From Candidatus Cloacimonadota bacterium (GTDB lineage: Bacteria > Cloacimonadota > Cloacimonadia > JGIOTU-2), in contig JBNGBT010000005.1 in the NCBI GenBank assembly GCA_049903315.1, positions 64,001 to 128,000 on the forward strand: 64,000 nucleotides of DNA, in the 5' to 3' direction. The translations under genes and the position numbers were made by a program. Numbering within the stretch: position 1 is the first letter of the stretch; every line of letters begins with the position of its first letter. Positions 57,772 to 64,000 of the stretch are shown here, piece by piece. Under the pieces are notes generated by a model. The model saw only the letters and a program-made list of their open reading frames with translations. It was not told the origin of the DNA and ran no database searches.

Positions 57772-58812
57772 CTATTTGTAAACTTTCACAAATTCAACCA
57801 GTAATTCTATCAACGCATCGAAATCATCCAAACTCATCATGCTGTTGTGAGTATGTGCATAACGAACTGGAACACCCAACACGATCGAGGGAATGCCATG
57901 AGCTGATGTCTGAATATGCCTGCCGTCAGTGCCGCCACCACGACGAAGTGTGACCTGTAGGGGAATGTTGTGTTTTTTTGCCAGTTGAATAAAAATATCT
58001 TTTAACTTCGGGTCACCTATCATGGACGGATCATATACACGCATATGAGCGCCTTTGCCCACGCAGGTTTGCGCACGGAATGGAATGCCCGGAATATCAT
58101 CTGCCGGCGCACCTTCCAGCACCACACAAATATCTGCATCCATAGTTCGTGCAAGGGTTCGGGAACCTGGACCTCCCACTTCTTCCTGTACACTTCCGCA
58201 CAAGTAGAGTGTATTTTGATGGGAAATATCTTTAACAGCATTGCCTAACTCAATAAGTGCAGCGATACCAGCTCTGTCATCAAATGCCTTTGAAATAATT
58301 CTCCGGTTACGTTCTTCATAATGGAAATAGGGGATGGGGATGATAGGGTCGCCGATATTTATACCAAAATTCTCAAATGCATCCTCGCGCGATTTTGCGC
58401 CGATATCAATAAACATATCCGATATTTCCGGAGGTGTATCTTTTCCCCCTCTTGTAAAATGAACAGGTATAGAACCGAATATTCCTATATGCCTTTCTCC
58501 GCTCTGTGTAATGATCTCAACTGGGCTGGAGAGGAGTGTATATTTGTTCCAACCTCCAATTGTATGGAATTGAATCAATCCGGAGTCCATCACATCTGCC
58601 ACCATAAAACCGATCTCATCCTGATGTGCAATGAACAGGATTTTTGGCGAGTCTGCATTTCCTTTCATGGTAAAAGTAATTTGCCCGAGTCGATCGATCT
58701 CATGCGGTGCATTATCACCAAGCTGTTCGATCATAAAATCTTTTATGATATGTTCAAATCCGGAAATGCCCGGAAGAAGAGTGAGTTCTTTTAAAAGCTC
58801 AAGTCTATCCAT
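57772..58812 (-). CDS. M42 family aminopeptidase (TET-like)
   Basis: G.SG.E, AHQDEIG, KAFDDRAG, QEEVG, GGTDG, RYAH. Confidence 0.92.
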   Translation of the reverse strand: MDRLELLKELTLLPGISGFEHIIKDFMIEQLGDNAPHEIDRLGQITFTMKGNADSPKILFIAHQDEIGFMVADVMDSGLIQFHTIGGWNKYTLLSSPVEIITQSGERHIGIFGSIPVHFTRGGKDTPPEISDMFIDIGAKSREDAFENFGINIGDPIIPIPYFHYEERNRRIISKAFDDRAGIAALIELGNAVKDISHQNTLYLCGSVQEEVGGPGSRTLARTMDADICVVLEGAPADDIPGIPFRAQTCVGKGAHMRVYDPSMIGDPKLKDIFIQLAKKHNIPLQVTLRRGGGTDGRHIQTSAHGIPSIVLGVPVRYAHTHNSMMSLDDFDALIELLVEFVKVYK

Positions 58813-58911
58813 CGTGACCTCTTATATTATTTTCAATTTTCTCTATTTGTTTTTAAGTTTTTTTCTGGCAAATTTCTTGTTCAACCTGATGCGTTAAAAA
58901 CAAAAAAAATC

Positions 58912-59403
58912 TTAATATTCATCGAGATGATAGAATTCTGCATTCTCCAACCATGTGTTGGGCATGTTCACCATTTCGATAATATTCTCAAGCACATCTG
59001 CCTGCTTCTTTTCTTCTGCGATGATACTCTTGATGATCTTTTTCTGAGATTCATCCTTCAATCCGTTCATCGCATCTGTATATAACCTGATCTTATGTTT
59101 TACAAGTTCACGTGCCTTTGTATAAAGTTTAACCTCATCCATATCACAGGTGAAGGGATTCTTCTCTTCTTTTATTTCGTTAAAAACCTCAATAGTTTTT
59201 TTTATTGCTAAGGTGTTCTTCAAAGGTGGGATCTTTTCCTCCTTCTTCATTTTTTCAAAAGCCGCTTTATGCTTCCTGTGGTCATCTGCCAGCATTGTTA
59301 ATATGTTTTTGATCCCCTTGTTCGTCGTACAGTGATCTGCCAGATCGCGATAATGATCTTCGACCATCTGCTCAGTATCGATGGCAATCTGAAAAAAATC
59401 CAT
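58912..59403 (-). CDS. Ferritin-like / rubrerythrin-family protein
   Basis: AI..E.....Y..LA, 'DH..H', second half 'EE..Q'; four-helix diiron pattern, partly degenerate. Confidence 0.75.
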   Translation of the reverse strand: MDFFQIAIDTEQMVEDHYRDLADHCTTNKGIKNILTMLADDHRKHKAAFEKMKKEEKIPPLKNTLAIKKTIEVFNEIKEEKNPFTCDMDEVKLYTKARELVKHKIRLYTDAMNGLKDESQKKIIKSIIAEEKKQADVLENIIEMVNMPNTWLENAEFYHLDEY

Positions 59404-59569
59404 GCGTCCTCCATGTGAACGATTTTTTCATCTTACTAAATGTGGGATGCTTTATTTTGTATGACAAGAAATTTATAACAATGCAGGCATATTTTCAAAA
59501 TCGTTGACTTAAATTAACTTAATATATTTATTTCCATACATTATATTGAAATTTATTAAAGAGGTACAA

Positions 59570-60295
59570 ATGAAAAGAATATTCATATTCACTCTTGCTA
59601 TCAGCATTCCATTTATTCTCTGTTTAGCAGAAACATCTCAAGAGTTAAACCCTTTTCAAATCTATTATGCGGATCCCTCATTTTCTACATTTGAAAAAGC
59701 ATATGAAAGTTACTCCAACCAGTTAGAGGAGAATGCAGAAGATAATAATGCCCGATTGATGCTTTCCTACCTGTACATGCTTGAAATGGAAAGGATGCTT
59801 GAGCAGTTTGAAGTTCGGATCGATTCACTGGCTCCGAATATTAAATTTCAATATGCCAATCTATTGCTTGGAATTGGTAATTATGATGAATGCATAGAAG
59901 TGTATGAGGGATTAAATAAGGCGTTTCCGGACTGGTCCTGCCCGTGGCGCCACAAGGGAGAAGCGTACTTCAAAACCAATGAGCTTGAAAAAGCTGAGAT
60001 CTCACTCCAGAAAGCAATTGAAACACGTGTGGAGCATTACGATGCCTATGTCATGCTTGCAGAAGTGCAGGAAGCAATGGGTGATTATACTGATGCCCTT
60101 GCCACGCTGGAAACAGGATTTTCCTATAAGGGCAAGGATATTGAAGATCCTGAACAGGAGATTAATGACCTCGATGTGCAATTCCTGCATTTGAGATTAC
60201 TCAAACAAAACAACATACAGAATCAGTATGATCAGTTGAAAATGAAATTGGAAAAAGCAGCTCCCGATGATACGAGATGGAAAGATATTCAATGA
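59570..60295 (+). CDS. Exported tetratricopeptide repeat protein
   Basis: Signal peptide after GAGG RBS; TPR-like helices (G.Y..C...Y, GEAY....A...L.KA, Y..LA......G....A). Confidence 0.75.
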   Translation: MKRIFIFTLAISIPFILCLAETSQELNPFQIYYADPSFSTFEKAYESYSNQLEENAEDNNARLMLSYLYMLEMERMLEQFEVRIDSLAPNIKFQYANLLLGIGNYDECIEVYEGLNKAFPDWSCPWRHKGEAYFKTNELEKAEISLQKAIETRVEHYDAYVMLAEVQEAMGDYTDALATLETGFSYKGKDIEDPEQEINDLDVQFLHLRLLKQNNIQNQYDQLKMKLEKAAPDDTRWKDIQ

Positions 60296-61818
60296 AAAAA
60301 CTCTTACTGGTTTCTATTCTAATAATTGTGATAAGCTCCACTTTTTTATCTGCACAACAACCGCAGGGCTATATAGAATGCAAAGAAAATAAAATGATCG
60401 TTCGCGTCTGGGGAACTCATTATGAACGCGGCTATGCGCAGGGCTATTTGTTGAGTGATGGGATCGTTGATATTTTCACTCACTATTTCCTGGCATACCT
60501 CTTTGGCAATAACGCATCCATTTACAATGCAACTCGAAGTATTTTTGAAGCAAGTTTTGTCGTTGATGACAAATATATCACTGAAGGAATGGGGGTTCTT
60601 GACGGAATGGTCGCAGGCGGTCAATCTTTGTACTGCAGCGTTCTGGGACGGGATATCGATGTCACTGATCTTATGATGAGCAACTCACTTATTGATTATT
60701 CCGATGATAAAGGAATATTACGTGGAAATGATCTGTGCTCATCACTTGCAAGCTGGGGCACAAGTACTGATAACTCATCTGAGTTGAATGGTGAGAGCAT
60801 CATCACACGATTTCTGGATTGGACTCCACATACAACACTGCTGGATAATCAATTAATACTTGTTTCCTTCCCGAGTGAACCGGATGAGCAAAAGTGGATA
60901 TCATTTACCTTTGCGGGATTATTCGGATGTCTCTCAGCCATAAACGAAGCAGGAGTGGGGTCTTTTTTAAATGTGGGAAATATTGATTCCTACGATCCTA
61001 CTGATACATTCAATCCGATTTTTCTCTCAATAAGGAACGGCATTGAAGCTGCTGATTATGACAGCAATGGACAATGCAATCCAGTGGATGTGGTTAAGGC
61101 AGTCAGTGATGATGTCCAGCGAACCGGCTCCATTATTAATGTGATCTCCTCAACAGAAAAAGACAGCTTCTCACTGGTGATAGAATGCAATAATATGAAT
61201 GGAGTTGCAGTCCGCACCAAGTCGGATAATACGATGATAAGCGGCGATAATTTAGCGGCAACAAATCATTTCCGTAAATTATACTCTCCAGTTTATTGCT
61301 ATAGATATGCCCATATTGCAGATTCTCTTCTTATAAGCACTCAGATCGATCCGTTACGAAGCTGGAATTTGCTGTCAGGAGCTGCGGGAATCTCTACAAA
61401 TATTCAGGCGATTCAATATATTCCATGGTCCGGCAAAATGTTATGGTCGGCAAGAACGGGTAGTGTGCCTGCATATCAGCTTGCACCGACGTCTTTTACG
61501 ACGAATGAACTCTTTGATTATGTCAGTGTAGACATCCCAATTCCCGACCAGGAATATGAGCTTTTCATCAATGAAATATATCCTTATCCTGCCAAAGAAT
61601 TTGTGACCGTTTCATATTATTCGAAAAGTGCGAAGGAAGTTTCCAGCACTGTATATGATGTCAAAGGCAGAAAAATCACGCATCAGCAGCTGCTTGCTCA
61701 AGCTGGTAAAAATGAGTTCACCTTTCATTTTTCAGATGATATGTCCTCAGGAATTTATTTTATGAGAATAGATGATAACAATCTTAGCATGACTACGAAA
61801 ATGCTCATTGTGAGGTAA
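60292..61818 (+). CDS. Secreted C45-family Ntn-hydrolase with C-terminal secretion/FlgD-Ig domain
   Basis: Signal peptide; G..YERGYAQG; nucleophile CSS; R.LDW; INEAG; TNH; C-terminal YP.P...SGIYF...KMLIV. Confidence 0.8.
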   Translation: MKKLLLVSILIIVISSTFLSAQQPQGYIECKENKMIVRVWGTHYERGYAQGYLLSDGIVDIFTHYFLAYLFGNNASIYNATRSIFEASFVVDDKYITEGMGVLDGMVAGGQSLYCSVLGRDIDVTDLMMSNSLIDYSDDKGILRGNDLCSSLASWGTSTDNSSELNGESIITRFLDWTPHTTLLDNQLILVSFPSEPDEQKWISFTFAGLFGCLSAINEAGVGSFLNVGNIDSYDPTDTFNPIFLSIRNGIEAADYDSNGQCNPVDVVKAVSDDVQRTGSIINVISSTEKDSFSLVIECNNMNGVAVRTKSDNTMISGDNLAATNHFRKLYSPVYCYRYAHIADSLLISTQIDPLRSWNLLSGAAGISTNIQAIQYIPWSGKMLWSARTGSVPAYQLAPTSFTTNELFDYVSVDIPIPDQEYELFINEIYPYPAKEFVTVSYYSKSAKEVSSTVYDVKGRKITHQQLLAQAGKNEFTFHFSDDMSSGIYFMRIDDNNLSMTTKMLIVR

Positions 61819-61820
61819 GG

Positions 61821-62471
61821 ATGCAATTTCCGCTAACCACAACTGTAATTTTGCAAAATGTTTACTATATTGGCACAGCCATCGGATTTCTCATCAAAGA
61901 GATATTCTGGCTACGACTGGTACTCATAGTTGCAGGACTTTGCATGATCGCACGCGGCATTATTCTGCAGGATTATGTAATCGTTTTCTGGATGTCGCTT
62001 TTCGCTGTGATCAATCTTGTACAGGTTATCCGCATCCTTCTTGAAAAAAAGGAAGTGCACATCGATGCAGGGATCCTCGATTTGTATAAGAAGATATTTA
62101 TTGCAATGAAGACCCGAGAGTTCATGATATTCTGGAAAATGGGTGAAGAGAAAAGACTCCATAAAGGTCAATTTGTATGCCATGATAGTGTACAGATAGA
62201 TGGGGTTATTCAGATCATTGACGGCACAGCTGTAGTGAAGAAAAATGACAAGGTAGTTGCCCAGCTGACGAGAGGATATTTTGTGGCTGAGATGCAGTAT
62301 CTTATGGATGAAAAACCTTCCGCTGATGTGATCGCAGAAACGGACTTGCGTATTATTGTTTGGAAGCATTCAAAATTAAAGCGGCTGAAAGAAACCTATC
62401 CTGATCTGTATAACAAATTTCATCTCATACTCAGCAAAGATCTTACTTATAAATTAAAACGATACTTATAA
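61821..62471 (+). CDS. Popeye-like membrane protein with cyclic-nucleotide-binding domain
   Basis: About 3 N-terminal TMs with WLR and W...F..IN..Q motifs; cNMP-fold G.FVAEM.YL, SADV.A. Confidence 0.75.
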   Translation: MQFPLTTTVILQNVYYIGTAIGFLIKEIFWLRLVLIVAGLCMIARGIILQDYVIVFWMSLFAVINLVQVIRILLEKKEVHIDAGILDLYKKIFIAMKTREFMIFWKMGEEKRLHKGQFVCHDSVQIDGVIQIIDGTAVVKKNDKVVAQLTRGYFVAEMQYLMDEKPSADVIAETDLRIIVWKHSKLKRLKETYPDLYNKFHLILSKDLTYKLKRYL

Positions 62472-62481
62472 GAAGGACACT

Positions 62482-63261
62482 ATGAATTTAATATTGTTTG
62501 TAATCATTGTAATTATTTCTATTACAGTGGTTCGTATAGGTGCAGTTGCATTCGAACTCACTGGATTGGATTGGACAGTTGCGAAGTTCCAGGCGCTTTC
62601 CTGCTTTACAAGTACTGGTTTCACGACCAAAGAATCCGAACTCATCGTAAAAAGTCAGCAGCGGCGGAAAATAGCAACAATACTCATGATCATCGGGCAT
62701 GCAGGTCTTGTCTCACTGATTGCTACTTTTGTGAATTCCATGCGCCCTTCCCAGCTTGTTCATAAAGTTTTCCAGCCTATTATTCACCTCGATAATATGC
62801 CGACGCTCTCAGTTTTGATAAACATAGTGATCATTACACTTGCATGCTGGCTCATTCTCTCTCTTTTTTCCCACACAAAATTTTCAAAAAAACTTACAAA
62901 AGTAATACAAAACTTCTTTATTAAGAAAGATTTCATCAGCAGAATATATGTGCAGGATCTTGTAATTTCTGCAGGAGGATTCGGTATTATAAACATTGAA
63001 GTAACAAAGAACAGTATGCTCTATCATTTGAGTTTAGCTGATACTGTTAAACAATATCCTAATATGAAGATCCTTGCCATCGAGCGGGGTAGAAACATTA
63101 TCACAAATATTACCGATGACACAAGAATGCTGCTTGGAGATAATATCATTTCATATGGAAAGATTGATGAGATTAAAAAGCAGCTTCATCAAAGATTGAT
63201 AGATAAAGTAAAGGATAAAGTTACTTCTCACAAGAAGAAAAATAATAAAAAGAAAAAATGA
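62482..63261 (+). CDS. K+ channel-like membrane protein with C-terminal RCK_C (TrkA-C) domain
   Basis: TM-pore-TM 'LTGL....A.FQA.S.FT.TGFTT.ESE...RR.I'; C-terminal ILAIERG...GD.I..YG. Confidence 0.75.
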   Translation: MNLILFVIIVIISITVVRIGAVAFELTGLDWTVAKFQALSCFTSTGFTTKESELIVKSQQRRKIATILMIIGHAGLVSLIATFVNSMRPSQLVHKVFQPIIHLDNMPTLSVLINIVIITLACWLILSLFSHTKFSKKLTKVIQNFFIKKDFISRIYVQDLVISAGGFGIINIEVTKNSMLYHLSLADTVKQYPNMKILAIERGRNIITNITDDTRMLLGDNIISYGKIDEIKKQLHQRLIDKVKDKVTSHKKKNNKKKK

Positions 63262-64000
63262 AAAAAGTCCTTCTCGTAACTCTCTTGCTTTTGTTGACAG
63301 CTCATTTTCTGTCAGCCCAGGGAAGCTGGATGCCTGAGAAAACTTACTGGCCGCGCACACTTGTGGATTCCAGCCAGGTTCTTGTGCAAGAGGTTCGGGA
63401 TAGGGTGCTCCGCGATCCTTACAGTACGTGGTATGCAAGTATTTGTGCTGCTTCCGATCTGAACTATTCATCTTATACATGGGAGAAGCAGAAAGCGCGC
63501 ATTGCTCGTTGTGCTGCATTCAGATTTTTTATAGATGGAGATTCATTTTACGGAGATAAAGCAAAGGAATATCTACTCGTCGCAAATCGCGAGGAATCAA
63601 GTAGTATTTCGGAGGAATACGGCAACATTATCTGGGATTCCGAAATTATCTCAATGATTTGTATTGCATATGATTTTCTTAAAGGAAATAATTATGATTT
63701 CGATGGAGATGAGCAGCAAGTTCGGGATAGAATTCAGTGGGTTACCGGAGCATTGTATGAAGGAGTGATCGATGATGATCTTGGGCTGCTGCATTATGCT
63801 TGGGTTCTGGGGCATGGAGAAGAAACGAATTATGGTGTGAAACTTGCTTCTGCAGTTGGCATGGCTGCGATCGTCCTCAATACGGAAACAAGCGGAAGCA
63901 ATCACCAGAAGCCTTCAACCTGGATCGAATATGCAGTGACAAAGCTCTACAGGCAGTTTGGCAATTATCTTATCGATTCGGATGGCGGTTGGGCGGAAGG
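63258..64000 (+). CDS. Secreted protein, heparinase II/III / alginate-lyase-like N-terminal domain, 3'-truncated by the window edge
   Basis: Absent from the ORF track (no stop in window). ATG 63258 overlaps the previous stop. Hand translation MKKVLLVTLLLLLTAHFLSAQ...ICIAYDFL...NYGVKLASA...DSDGGWAE is open to the end. Confidence 0.65.
   Translation, partial: MKKVLLVTLLLLLTAHFLSAQGSWMPEKTYWPRTLVDSSQVLVQEVRDRVLRDPYSTWYASICAASDLNYSSYTWEKQKARIARCAAFRFFIDGDSFYGDKAKEYLLVANREESSSISEEYGNIIWDSEIISMICIAYDFLKGNNYDFDGDEQQVRDRIQWVTGALYEGVIDDDLGLLHYAWVLGHGEETNYGVKLASAVGMAAIVLNTETSGSNHQKPSTWIEYAVTKLYRQFGNYLIDSDGGWAE

Noticed and set aside
1..64000. CRISPR arrays, rRNA, IS elements, reverse transcriptases, defence systems
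   Set aside because: No repeat-spacer arrays, rRNA-like stretches, or transposase, integrase or RT motifs were seen

Overview
Bacterial chromosomal segment, AT-rich. The gene set (two proteins with FCB-type C-terminal secretion/FlgD-Ig domains, a FISUMP lipoprotein, the MraZ sequence type, several peptidases and an Rnf/Nqr-like complex) suggests an anaerobic, peptide-fermenting FCB-group organism such as Cloacimonadota; this is inference only. In order, the window holds: a MacAB-type ABC exporter; an M28 peptidase; a minus-strand surface-glycosylation operon with a MaoC/CitE/CoA-ligase module and nadA embedded in it; an output-less REC-5xPAS protein and a stand-alone Cache protein; tRNA-Gly(CCC); an amidohydrolase; a dcw cluster (mraZ to ftsZ, without murE or ddl); a repeat-flanked FISUMP lipoprotein gene; arcE-like, rpsO, pnp, wecB, galE, ugd; an rnfDGEA-nqrF hybrid operon; a structured intergenic RNA candidate; a hybrid histidine kinase; and secreted hydrolases with a Popeye-domain and K+-channel-like gene pair. 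The best leads are (1) a tandem degenerate MraZ paralog that has lost both DNA-binding arginines, downstream of a 7x 10-bp-phased operator array, (2) an Rnf/Nqr hybrid lacking RnfC/NqrA and RnfB and flanked by two uncharacterised ORFs, (3) a three-hairpin, anti-Shine-Dalgarno-bearing sRNA candidate at about 54.55-54.72 kb, and (4) an acyl-CoA-building module inside a glycosylation operon. All calls come from motif recognition by eye; no searches were run.
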